Origin: Bugula neritina
Lineage: Eukaryota > Animalia > Bryozoa
Direction of reading: 5' to 3'
Assembly (NCBI GenBank): GCA_964035545.1
Contig: OZ037766.1
Coordinates: forward strand, 14,994,722-15,058,721
DNA: 64,000 bases
The position numbers and the translations under genes are program-made. A model generated the notes under the pieces. The model did no database searches, was not told the DNA's origin, and saw nothing but the letters and a program-made list of their open reading frames with translations. Shown here piece after piece: positions 23,964 to 39,200 of this stretch (the stretch's first letter is position 1; each line of letters starts with the position of its first letter).

Positions 23964-25122
23964 CTGAAGAAAACAGAGAGTGCACTTGAAGCTCAGGGCA
24001 TTTAATTTATAGTATGCATCAGTAATGCTAATAATATAAACATTTCGTAGATTTTTTTGGATTGTGTTAATTAGTGTTAAAGGCTGGTTTCACTTGTACA
24101 GTTTATACAATAGTAATTCATAAAGCCTCAACAATACAGCAGCTCTAATTAGTTTAGATATCATTGGTTGCTATAGTATATGTACTGCCACTGTATTCCT
24201 TGTATTCCTAGAACCTACAGAGTATTAGCTGCCAATTAAGTTCATACTCGGGTACCTGCATGCAAACGGTATTTAATCTCGGCTAATATACTACACCTGA
24301 AATGAGTGGGAATAATAATAGAGTGGCAATTAATTGATATGACAAGTTGTATAACTGCATGTATAACATATGTGCACATCTTTGAAGCTATAAAAATGAT
24401 ATACTACAAATATATATATTTATATTAAAATTGTCAGCAGTACTATACAAATCTATCAGTTTTAACTGATTACAATAGTGCAATAGGCATAGCATTGTAA
24501 AATACCAATCTTCTGCCTTAGAGATGTCACCGGACCTTTATGCAGTGATCTATCCACTTGTTTCAGGGAAATCATGTCTGAATGGGGAAAACTGCCAAAT
24601 TCGGAAAAGATTCAATTAGAATAATATACGTAGATATGTTGCTTTGAGCTAAAAATTTCTAGAATAACATTACATTGTGATCTTCATATGCAAATAAAAT
24701 GAATTTTAAAACTATTTCAAGCTCAGCTGGTTAAATAATAAGTGGTATGATGTAGTCAAGCAACGAGAATGAGTGCAAAATACCCCCTTCAATTGTAGTA
24801 TATATTCTTTAAATAACACCCTATCAGAAGCATTCTAGTACTACTGCCTGCATAAAGCTGACTGATACATGTCGGTAACCTTCAATAAAAGGCAGTTGAA
24901 CATACTTGCTTACCTAATTGGCAGTGGTTTTTTTTACAGTTATAGGTCTGGTAATGGTTGCTGCACTATACTAAAAAGATCTAAGTGGTGGAGGAAAGTT
25001 AGCTGTATTGAATTCACTCATTATAGTTTTATTTTGTATGAAAATGCACATAAATTTCACTTTATTGACAAAATAATTGTTGCAATTATATATATATATA
25101 TATATATAATTATATATATATA

Positions 25123-27082
<1,960 letters not shown>

Positions 27083-27084
27083 AA

Positions 27085-27131
27085 TCTGTGGACAGCAGCT
27101 GTTTCGGGATTTGTCCCCTCATCAGCACAGA
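27085..27131 (-). ncRNA. Minimal type I hammerhead ribozyme (Penelope-like element type)
   Basis: Minus strand reads TCTGTG-CTGATGA-G-GGGA-CAAA-TCCC-GAA-ACAG-CTG-CTGT-C-CACAGA: full catalytic core, stems I, II and III, and a GUC cleavage triplet. Confidence 0.88.
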
Positions 27132-27266
27132 ACAGAGTACCATGGCCCACACCTTCGCAATAGTAAAACTTATAGTTTTACTAAAGCATATTTAAAAGGT
27201 GTGTAAACTCAAGCCAGAGTGCTCAAGTGACTCTAGGGGTCACCTAGGAGTCACGAGCATTGCAAA

Positions 27267-27359
<93 letters not shown>

Positions 27360-27373
27360 TTTTTAATTATAGA

Positions 27374-27409
<36 letters not shown>

Positions 27410-27412
<3 letters not shown>

Positions 27413-29672
27413 ACAATAAACAATGATTGGAGTTATCGAAGAGCATCTGTACTCAAAGCCCAAGCATTCATGCCACACAGCATCTGTGCTGATACAGCAA
27501 CAATTATTCTAGAAGGTACAGTGCCTATCATTGTGAACAACACAGTAATACCCAATAACCAAGAGCTTGCACAGAATGCATTCAACTACACTGGTGGTTA
27601 TCTGCAGAAGTAGAAAGATTATTTGCAGTAGCATTACATATACTATATAGTATATAGTTACTTAACACTACTATAACCAAGTATCTAAATACTCCAGTAG
27701 GTTAAGGTAGATATTCAGACAAATGAAATCACAGAACATTAGTCTACCAACTCAACATGAGTGATGCCGAAGAAATTATCCAGCCGAAGTTCAAAAAATC
27801 AAAGTTAAAATTGAGCTATGTACTTTAGTAAATAGATAAGTTGCTACAACTCCAATGATTTAGAACTATTTCAGCAGTTACATAAACAGTTTAGTGAAGC
27901 TCTACTAAGAGTTTAATGACATTCATGTTATTTATTGTTATAATTAGTTGAGGCAGATAAAATATACAAAGTATAGAGTTGTCCCCTCTTCAAACTTGCA
28001 TACATATAATATAATGAAGTGAGGCAATGAAGCTCTTACCATTTACAACAGATTTAAGTTAGAGTCAGTAGAGCATGATGTTGAGTTTGCAGGCATGCCT
28101 GCTAAGGAAATGTAGCATAATTCAAGTAACCATGAAATTTTGAACACATATGCTTTTATGTAAAGAACGAAATATTTTAATCTAGCTAAGAATGTTCATG
28201 TAGATTTGAAAAATGTGGCTTGGAGATGCAAACCTTATCTCGAGTTAACAATTTACAATTACCAGCTAGTCACGATAATAGTTCAATTATTTTTGCTGGC
28301 ACCAATGACTCGAATTCAGCACGGGATCGGCTGGGAAGTGGTGGTGCTCGTGATGTGGGGAGCGTTTCACCTGACAACTACATAGCTATTGCTGGAGACA
28401 TTTGCAAAACATACACAATAGCATTCAAACAGAAAAAGTTGAGCAACATTTTTGTAAGTTCTTGAGATGCAGTCTTGAAGGTACTGAGCAGAACATCTAT
28501 TTTATGATGCGAGTTAACATTGATGACACGCCTGCATGAAAAATGTGACCTGGGGCCCCATATCTAGAAGCAAATATAGCAAAAAACAGTCATATCAAAA
28601 TGTAGCCCAATTAATCAGAACATCAAAATATTATGTTGACGGCATAGTACGTGGCTTTCTTGGAAAGTATGGAGACTGAAAAGCAACTAATTGCAGATAC
28701 TGAAAATGTGCTCCAAACTGCTGGGTTTGAAATCAAGAGTTGCACAGAGGAGAGAAGCTGTTTGACAGAAGAGGAAGAGGTAAAATTACTAGCCCTCTGT
28801 TGGGAAATGATGGGAAACATTGTCTTCAAATCAATTATAACAATTTGTAAGGAAGTAAGAAGAAGATTCAGATACTTAAGTCTTATAACAAATGATATTT
28901 CTAGAGATAACAAAGTTCCCCCAACTCAAAGAATGATAGCGGAAGCAATTACATAGATCTATCACTCCTTTATGCAATCCACCAATTCACATCGCAAGTC
29001 AAGATGCTTAAAATGGGAAAAGTATCAGTAAATAAATTGAAAAATAACATGGTGATGCCCAGTGATCAGAGAAATAAGTTAGTGCATTTATTTATCTCAA
29101 CAATTTGGAAACTGACAGGCTTCAATGTTAATTTCATTAACCTTGCCATTCCCGTGTAAAAGAAGCTTTTTGGTAAAAGCTTTTTGGTGAAAGCTTTTTG
29201 ATGAAAGCTTTTGGTGAAAACTTTTAGTGAAATTTTTTTAGTGAAATGTTGTTTGATGAAAGCTTTTTGGCGACAGCTTTTTGACAAAAGCTTTCAAGTG
29301 AAAGCTTTTTGAAAATAGCTTGTTGACTGTGAGCTATCAATGTTATGGTATGAGTCAGTGCAGCTCAAGAAGTAGAGCAGCAAACGTTAGCTGTATTCAC
29401 CTCCCTCATAGTTTTTCTTTTGTGTGAAGATGTATACATAACTGCGTCACTTTAGTGACAAAATAATTGTAAGTATGTTATGTTACTTTTTTGTTTTCTA
29501 AACAATAACTGTAATTGATGAGTGTAAATTAAACCAGATTATTTATACTTTCAGATTACAGTTTTATTTATATAACTATAGATTGTTGACAATAAACAAC
29601 GATTTGAGTTATCGAACAGCATCTGTATTCAGAGCATAGGCATCCGTGCCATACAGCCTTTGTGCTGACACA
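27410..29672 (+). mobile_element. Heavily deleted BEL/Pao LTR retrotransposon remnant
   Basis: Diverged direct repeats at about 27410-27498 and 29586-29672 (contain AATAAA); internal remnants YDAS, GP.L, YYVDG (YVDD), AGFEIK, KLLALCW, PTQRMI typical of BEL/Pao RT and the following region. Confidence 0.65.
29158..29312. repeat. About 14-bp tandem repeat (AAAGCTTTTTGGTG)
   Basis: About 10 degenerate copies. Confidence 0.8.
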
Positions 29673-30160
29673 TATATTAACTTTTACAATTCTAAAACCT
29701 CATGCTAGACTGCTAGAAAACTTTTTTTGTAAATTTTAATTCTACTAGAATATAATTTATATTATTTACATGGCCTGTAGTAAAGAAATTATATCGTTCA
29801 TATCAAGCTACTAGCAAAATTATAATAAATGCATTAATGTAATCATTTGGGATAGCTTCAATTTCAAGTTTCAAAATTTTAATGAGAACCTCATAAATAA
29901 ATAGTCACTTAATTTTTCAAAGTTCATAAAACGGAGTAACATCAGTTTGGTAAATAAATCATGATTCTTGCAGTAATTTATTTTAACTAGTCTGTTTTAG
30001 TTCAATGGAGACTTGTTTGTTGCTTTATAACTTACATTCTAGCAGTTGCAATAGGAACTTTGTAATAAAACAGCAACCATAAAGTTAATGCATATCAAAA
30101 TATAAGAATAATATATACTTATAGTGACATCAACAATGGTAATAGTCTCAGCCTCAGTTT

Positions 30161-30163
<3 letters not shown>

Positions 30164-30253
<90 letters not shown>
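30164..30253. repeat. (CT)n microsatellite
   Basis: Directly visible. Confidence 0.98.
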
Positions 30254-30257
<4 letters not shown>

Positions 30258-30344
30258 AAATAAAGTATGATGTCTGCTTACAAGTAAATAGGTGGCTCCA
30301 GAATCCAATCCGTGACCTGTATAGCCTATTATGTGGTTACACTA

Positions 30345-30880
30345 TGACTGTTGGCATCGGAAGTCGTCATTCATCTGAGTGTCTGTTGAGCTGAGCCTAT
30401 CCTTTCGTCCTGCTCTCAGCTCTTCTCTGTGTCTCTGGGATCCATCTTCAAAAACCTGCACACCACTATGTAACATAGATTCTCATCTAGTACTTCTGGC
30501 AGCATTCCATTCTCAGGTTTCTGTTCTGGTATGGCAGTGCTTCATGCTATCTGTGAGACAGTCCTTGAAGCACCTCATCTGTCCATTTTGGACCTCTTTT
30601 TATTTTGCAGCTTCCCATAGACTGTATAGATGTTTGTTTTTCATTTTGACCAGATGTCCGGCCCATCGCAGTCTGTTTCTTATGGCAAGACTTTATAAAA
30701 GGATTGGAATCTTTGTTTGTTGTTCGTAATTTCTTCATATGGTAATCTTCAAGGTTCTTAATATCCATATTGTAGGTGCTCCAAGCTTCTGACGCATAGA
30801 GTAGTGTTGGTATAATGATCGCTTTATACACCCTCAGTGTTGTAGCAATTTGTAAATCGTTGGTGCAATAACTTGGCTGT
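30345..30880 (-). mobile_element. RTE-clade LINE 3' fragment
   Basis: VYKAIIIPTLLYASEAW and LRWAGHL motifs, frameshifted. Confidence 0.8.
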
Positions 30881-31879
30881 AACTATTACATTAAAATTTA
30901 ACTTGGGAATAATCTTCTCGCGTTTACATTAGAACACTGTTAGATAAACTGTGAGCAATGGGGGATTTCCCCAGGGGCAGGAGATATTCCCAAGCTGAAA
31001 GTGGTTAGATGTTGCAAGTCGATTAGTATTTTAAAGCTGCTATAATCAACTTTTAAATATAATTGGTTTAAATTTTGATTGGTAAACTTGTCTAATAGCT
31101 GCCATATTTTTGAATTTTAATGTTAGAACCCTGTCAACAAAGTTAAAGTAACTGTAAACTGCGTAAAGTCAAAATGAAACATACTCAATTTGATTTTAAG
31201 TTTCATTTTGATTTTACTTCAACTTCGTTAATAAAGTCACATGAGTAGTTTTGTCAACGAAGTCAAAGTAAAATCAAAATAAATATGGGTTAGTTTCAGT
31301 TTGATTTCCTTGTATTTTATGCCAAACCTAACCTTCACTACTTTTAAAAATTATTTCGATTTCCTGATTTAATTTTACGAAACTACAAGTATTACTCTTG
31401 CTATTAGTATCAGTAATAATCATAATGATAATCACTTGGAGTGCTTTTAAAATAATAATAATATTATTGAAATATTATGCTAATTGCATTATACTTAAGG
31501 TGCAAGCCTCTAGGTTCATCTTGACTTTAATAATCATAATGATAATATGACTATGAGCACGAGACTGATTCATAGTTAAGCTAGACTATTGTCTGTCTGT
31601 GTCTTGTGTCATCAATGTAACAATAACTTTTACTATGATTATAAATTTTTGAGTTTTTTTGCTAATATTTATTAAAAAGAATCATTGGCAGTGGCCACAA
31701 GCAGTTGGAATTTGTTGCAAAGCTTAATGCTAATCTTGATGTTTTTTATGTCCACTTGACATTATTTAAATCATGTAAAAGGGTCATAATTAACTTAAAT
31801 TTGTGATTGAAAATTGTTATAATTTTAAAAATTGGTCAAAGGCAAGATGTTAGAATGGTAAAATTGACTGTAAATATTG

Positions 31880-32730
31880 AACTTCATACAACCTTCTTTT
31901 CATGAGGTCGAACACATTCATGACATTCACTTCTTGCCTTATGCTCTTGTCGGTTTTGTGCTCCTCAAGACTAATTTCCAGACAGTAATGTAGCATTCTC
32001 ATTTCACATCCACTAAATCTTTCAGGAAAGTAATTTGTCAATGGTTATGTTTCAGCATTGGTCATATCACTGTCCTATAAATACGCACATTAAGTTTCTT
32101 TGAGACATTCTTGTTACATAATACTTCAGTTAATTCTTTTTATTTATCTCAGGCTTTGCCAATGTGCACTTGTACCTCTGCCCTGCATCCTCCTTCCTGG
32201 TGAATTGTAGTCCCCAAGTATTTGAATGTGGTTCTTTGAGGCAAAATTATATGTTCAGAGCTATTGTATGTCTTTAATTTGATGCCATGGCTACCTTGTT
32301 TTGGTGGTATATTTTCAGTTTTAGACCTACTGACTTGTAAGCCCACATCCTGTAATCGCCTTCTTCAGTTTTCTAATCTTTCTTTCATATTGTTGCTACT
32401 CTCATTACATAAGACCAGATTATCTTCAAACAGCATGCTCTATGGTGTGTCTACTCACTGTCTTCCCATTGGCATCCGAGATAAGAACTGCGAAAAGTTA
32501 TGGACTCAGGGCTAAGCCTTTGTGTATTTCAACTTCCACTCTTAGTTCTCTTCTTAGTTTTTCTGCATTTGTTACTACTCTTGTTATTGTATCCTTGTGC
32601 ATGTCCCAAATGATATCAATGTAGGCTTCAGGTACACAGCGGCTTCCTTGGATAATACTATATTAGCTCTCTTGGGATGGTATCTTAGGCCTTTTCCAGG
32701 TCAACAAATACCATATATAGCTCTTTATTA
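31880..32730 (-). mobile_element. RTE-like LINE reverse transcriptase fragment
   Basis: FVDLEKA, degenerate G..QG..LSP and MLFEDN (FADD), FKYLG, EMRML remnants. Confidence 0.8.
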
Positions 32731-32779
32731 AATCTGCATATTATGTTTCTGTCAAAATGAAAGGTGCTAAAAGTAATGC

Positions 32780-34370
32780 TTATTTACAGTGAGTACATGC
32801 AGTCTATCTTGCTAACAATTGTGGCGCAATGCATAGCCATACACTGGCACACTCTCATAAGGCCTATTACAGGCTGTACTCACGAGCTGGTGAGAAAAGT
32901 GTCAAACTAGATGATGACACTCAATTCACATTCAATCTTGGATCTTCCATCTGCACTTGTCACTCTTTCGTTGCAGACTTAGATAACAAAACACTGCCAA
33001 GTCTAAATTTCCTTGAACACTTTCACTGCTGTTAGACTTTCAACTGCTCCTCAGAATGGAAGGCCAGACAATATGCTATTGTGACACACAGCCACAACCA
33101 TTTCATGTAAATTTTTAGGCCAAGTACTTTACCACATTACTCCCTTGCAAAGAGGGCTTTGTAGATGCCCGTATCATTTGGCCATGGAAGTGTGAACATG
33201 GATTTTTAGATTCTGAAACTTATTCCAATGGAGTTATTATTGCCATTGTATTGTACAAGCTCTAGCAGCAGTCAAGCATCTATGTACGCATGTCAAATCA
33301 TATGACAAAACTTGTTTTAATACCACTAGAGAAAATACTGAAGAGGTGTTCTACTGACGCCGACCTCCTTCTGTCTTGATAAACGATGGTTGTACCAGGT
33401 AGATTCATGTTTGGTTGCTGCATTTCCTCACACGATTGTGGAGGCCAATGTGGGAGTAGCAGTCGTTGTTCTCACCTATTTTGTGGAGTTGGGTTTGCAG
33501 GTAGCCCTTTTCTTCATCATGCATCATGTAGGCAGTGCGATTCTGCTTGGCTTGCCTGATGCCGCTTTTTACTGTATACGTCTAATCCTGGGATACCGAG
33601 AGGCTTTCCCATGACTGCATGTTTATTCCAGTGCTCTTCATGTCCAATTTGCAGGTCTGGAGCATTTTGAAAACTCTACATACAACATATTCTTCGGAAT
33701 GCAGCCAACATCCATTCTGCTCACATGCCTAAGCTACTATTGCAAAACATCGTTTTTGGGAATTCTGTCTTGTCATTTGATCTTGAGTAAGTGCCTCGGA
33801 CATCGGAGATTAACGCGATTTATTTGCTTTTTCTTAGTGTTTGCTGACAAATTTTTTGTCTGCAATTTTTTGTGTAGCTTGGCAATTACTGCAGAAGCTT
33901 TGGCAATCCTTGAGTTGATCTTAGGCTCAAGGGAGATGTTTGGGCTGATGGTAGACCCTAGATACTGAAATCTGTCAACTGAGTTGAGCTTCTGATTTCC
34001 TATGTGGGTGTTTCGGTTTGAGTCAGTACTCTCTCTCATCATTTCTGACTTTTTTATGCTGATGGTAAGGCCATAGTCATCACATGCAGAAGCCAGGTCT
34101 CTGAAGTGCTTTCTTTGTGTTTATTGCCAGAGCAGCATCATCAGCAATGTGAGTCTTTCTGATGGTGATCTGCCTCACCTAGGTTTTGGCTTGTAGTTTA
34201 GCAATGTTGTACAGTGTACCACCGGACTTTGAATGAAAGTAGTAAGTACTTCATTGTTCTTGAAGGCATGAGGTGATAGCATTGAAAAGAAAATTCCAAA
34301 AAGAGTTGGGGCCAGTATCCCTCTTTCACCTCTTGATGCTGGGAAACGGATCTAATGTTGTGCTGAAGAT
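32780..34370 (-). mobile_element. RTE-clade LINE fragments (probably two adjacent decayed copies)
   Basis: LAPTLFGIFFSML, ADDAAL, FQYLGSTIS…INSRIAKAS; RTE-like 3' end near 33360-33390; older remnant at 32780-33300. Confidence 0.72.
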
Positions 34371-35369
34371 TTGAGGATTTGAAATAGACTACTTCTGCTT
34401 TTTCAAAATTTGATTTTCACTTAATTCAAAAGCATTTGACCTGAATGTGTAGCGATACAATTTTCAAGGCATTGAGAGGTTTTTAAAGTATTGTATTTAG
34501 TATTGGCTATTGGCTTAATTTAATCACATTGCATAACAATTAATGATCATTAACAAAGTAAATATGCAATAATGTTGGTGAAATGTAAAAAGCAATTAGT
34601 TTGAATATAATCCTAAAAAAGGCTGTTCATATAAACAGTACAAGTATGTTTATACTTGATGTGTCGATGCAGATTCTTGACAATCTTCTGACATTAGGTA
34701 ACTGTTTAATATATAGTTTATTGCTAAAATTAGTCCTCCCATAAACTGAAAAGTTTACGCTTGTTTTTAGTGAGCCAAGTTATCTAACTTAAATTTAATC
34801 TAATGAGAAAATAGGTTTACAAAAAACTGATTAATTCTGAAATAAGTATGGTTTTGTTATTAGCACATCTTAATGCTTTTTTAAATGAGTCTTTTCTAGT
34901 TAAAAATCGTTCCAATATTATAATCAAATAGACCCCATTTGTGCAAGGTATTATTAGATCTGCTGAATCTAAGCAGAACAGCAATTTCTATGATGTTTAA
35001 CCAGACAGAATGTTTAATGAATGAGTCATGTGAATCGGAACAGCATATCAAAAGTTATTCTCTGAATATTTTATCCTTCTATAATCTATATTGTAGCATT
35101 ATCTATTTTTACAATAAATTGGACTTTTTACTTTATGAAGCAATAATTTTGAAATGTTCTGATGGTACATGTCAGACCTTGAAACTGAAAAATGGCTCAA
35201 ATGAGTGCAAATGCAAATGGTTTTTGCATACCTCTAGCAGTTCTAAAGTATTCAATAGTAGTTTCCAAATTAATATGGTCAAACCATTTATTAAACAAAT
35301 ATCCCAGAAACCTGGTTTAGAAATCATTAACTCAGAGGTACCATAATATATTTTTACCGTCAATACATT

Positions 35370-36080
35370 TTATGAATATTTCTATTTATGATGATATATT
35401 GATTGTTGTAGACTATGTGATGTAAGTAATCCTACATGAGTCCAGCTTGACAGAGGTATGGAATAAAAATATAGATACGCACTTTACTGAATAAAGCTTA
35501 ATTTTTTGTGATTATGAATATTTCTATTTATGATGATATATTGATTGTTGTAGACTATGTGATGTAAGTAATCCTACATGAGTCCAGCTTGACAGAGGTA
35601 TGGAATAAAAATATAGATACGCACTTTACTGAATAAAGCTTAATTTTTTGTGATTATGAATATTTCTATTTATGATGATATATTGATTGTTGTAGACTAT
35701 GTGATGTAAGTAATCCTACATGAGTCCAGCTTGACAGAGGTATGGAATAAAAATATAGATACGCACTTTACTGAATAAAGCTTAATTTTTTGTGATTATG
35801 AATATTTCTATTTATGATGATATATTGATTGTTGTAGACTATGTGATGTAAGTAATCCTACATGAGTCCAGCTTGACAGAGGTATGGAATAAAAATATAG
35901 ATACGCACTTTACTGAATAAAGCTTAATTTTTTGTGATTATGAATATTTCTATTTATGATGATATATTGATTGTTGTAGACTATGTGATGTAAGTAATCC
36001 TACATGAGTCCAGCTTGACAGAGGTATGGAATAAAAATATAGATACGCACTTTACTGAATAAAGCTTAATTTTTTGTGAT
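35370..36080. repeat. 142-bp tandem repeat, 5 near-identical copies
   Basis: TATGAATATTTC recurs at 35371, 35513, 35655, 35797 and 35939. Confidence 0.97.
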
Positions 36081-36234
36081 ATATGTTAACAGCTTTCGAT
36101 AATGAAGTTCATGATTTTAAAACTGTGAATTTCTTGAAGCCATATTAATATAGGATGCTTCTTGTGCATAAATAATTTTTCTTGTCATTTTAAGTAATAG
36201 AATAAAAGTGTATGATATTTTTAGTTTTAATGTC

Positions 36235-39200
36235 ATGGCTGACAAACAGGAACTTTATTGTTCTAATACCACTTGCGGAGAAATCATAAAGAAGAATAAA
36301 AAAGGAATCTATCCAAAGCGGTGTGTCGAATGTGATGAAATTGTATGTGAAGTACAAGTGTTAGAAATATTTAGATGTCCTCACTGTAGTGAGGAGTTAT
36401 TGAAGAATAAGAAAGGTCAATATCCTAAAACTTGTCCAGAATGTAATGAACCAACCAACCCTTTTGCAGCTTTAAAAGTGCAAGCAATTTATTGTTCTAA
36501 TTGTAAAGAAGAGATTTTGAAAAATGCAAAGGGAAAATATCCCAAGTTTTGTCAAGAATGTGGGAAGCCAGTGATGTCACCCAGGAACCAACATGTAGAA
36601 GAGTTGAACTGCCCTAGTTGTGGTGAAGAAAGGGTTCGATCTGTTAGAACGCAGAAGTTAGCAAACGTCTGCACTGAATGTGGTTATGATTATTCCAAAA
36701 GTAAGCTTGCAATGTATTTTGATTCAAAATTTTATAGTTATAGCTGTGAGCTACAAGTGATCAGTTGTGAATAATATTATGGTTTCAGTAAAATATTTTC
36801 TCATCCATTTCACGGACTACAAACCTTTATTCTTTAGTTAGAGATTGGAAAAGTATGAATAAAGAAATTGTCAAATGCATAATCATGAATAGTATTTCAC
36901 CCAAAAGTAATAGCTTGCATGTCTTTTTTTATATAACTTGCTTAGCTGTGTTTTCTCTTTAATATTATTGGAATGGCTGTAGATCAGAGCATGTCGGACA
37001 GCATGCTGGATAGTATGGTTACCAATACCAGCCTATCTTCTACAAGGAGTACGTCTAGGATTTCTAGCTCCCCATACAGTATGGCATCACCTAGTTCTCC
37101 AGCTAAACCAGTGACACCCTCTAAGCACCACAACAAAGCTGAGCACTCTCCTGCTCTTCAGCAGTCAGACTCTACTTGGTGAGCGATTAGTTGTATACGT
37201 GAGTGACTAGTTGTGTATGTGAGTGACTAGATGTATATGTGAGTGACTAGTTGTATATGTGAGCGATTAGTTGTGTATGTGAGTGACTAGTTGTATATGT
37301 GAGTGACTAGTTGTATATGTGAGTGACTAGATGTATATGTGAGTGACTAGCTGTATATGTGAGTGACTAGCTGTATATGTGAGTGACTAGTTGTATATGT
37401 GAGTGACTAGTTGTATATGTGAGTGACTAGTTGTATATGTGAGGTACTAGATGTATATGTGAGTGACTAGTTGTATATGTGAGGTACTAGTTGTATATGT
37501 GAGTGACTAGTTGTATATGTGAGTGATTAGTTGTATATGTGAGGTACTAGTTGTATATGTGAGTGACTAGTTGTATATGTGAATGACTAGTTGTATATGT
37601 GAGTGACTAGTTGTATATGTGAGTGACTAGTTGTATATGTGAGTGATTAGATGTATATGTGAGTGACTAGTTGTATATGTGAGTGACTAGTTGTATATGT
37701 GAGTGATTAGATGTATATGTGAGTGACTAGTTGTATATGTGAGTGACTAGTTGTATATGTGAGTGACTAGTTGTATATGTGAGTGATTAGATGTATATGT
37801 GAGTGACTAGTTGTATATGTGAGTGACTAGTTGTATATGTGAGTGATTAGATGTATATGTGAGGGACTAGCTGTATATGTGAGTGACTAGATGTATATGT
37901 GAGTGACTAGCTGTATATGTGAGTGACTAGCTGTATATGTGAGTGACTAGTTGTATATGTGAGTGACTAGTTGTATATGTGAGTGACTAGTTGTATATGT
38001 GAGGTACTAGATGTATATGTGAGTGACTATTTGTATATGTGAGGTACTAGTTGTATATGTGAGTGACTAGTTGTATATGTGAGTGACTAGTTGTATATGT
38101 GAGGTACTAGTTGTATATGTGAGTGACTAGTTGTATATGTGAATGACTAGTTGTATATGTGAGTGACTAGTTGTATATGTGAGTGACTAGTTGTATATGT
38201 GAGTGATTAGATGTATATGTGAGTGACTAGTTGTATATGTGAGTGACTAGTTGTATATGTGAGTGATTAGATGTATATGTGAGTGACTAGATGTATATGT
38301 GAGGGACTAGCTGTATGTTCTCATTACCTAATTCAATAGCGTATATGACCTTGACATTTTGATAGCTACTCTTTTTGACATGCTAATCTTTTAATGCATG
38401 TTATAGTGACACCCTAAGTTCTTACAAAACCTTACTGACTTCTCCTCAAAAAACAGGAAGTGAGGTCACACAAACTCTTCCTTTACAAGAAGATGGTCAG
38501 CTAGTACATAAAGGTAATGAAAGAAATATTATATTTTCTCATTAGAATGAAAGCAATAGGCAAGTTGTGAAAGTTTATAAAATTGCTTGAAATTTGTAGT
38601 AATTGATTTCAGCTTTAGAAAGTCTTATTGTATCGGTTTGTGTTTGTGTCTGGTTGTAAGATATGCTTTAACTACTAGCCAACTTGGCAACAGGTTTTCG
38701 AGTTTATTAACTGTCAAATCGTACCCTATAAAATGGGAAACATTAGAAATTGTATAAATAAGTAGTCACAATATAAATCAAAATTCAGAGGAACACTATG
38801 AATATTACAGAACCAAAAAATTGACATGAACTATTGTAATTCTAATAAACTTACAATATTGATGCGTGGATAAAAATCTTAGCCATCACAATACCGAAAC
38901 CGATAGTTTATTCATACAAAGAGTGTAAATATGGCGGTTTGATCATGATACACTGACTCATGCAGTACAGTGAATGAACTAGCTCTGCCAGCTAATAGTA
39001 GCTTTGGTGAAAGCTTTTGAAGCTTGAAAGCTTTAATGAATGGCTGCCTGCCAATACTTCTGGGTGGCATACCAATACACTTATATACATGATTATTGAT
39101 TATTGGTGTACATAATATTATTGGAATCTTTGCTTCTTTTGTGATATAATATGTATCAATTGTCTAATATCATAATCAATTAAGTATATTTGTTTACAGT

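Noticed and set aside
35370-38312. CRISPR-like arrays
   Set aside because: Head-to-tail repeats with no unique spacers, eukaryotic context, no cas genes.
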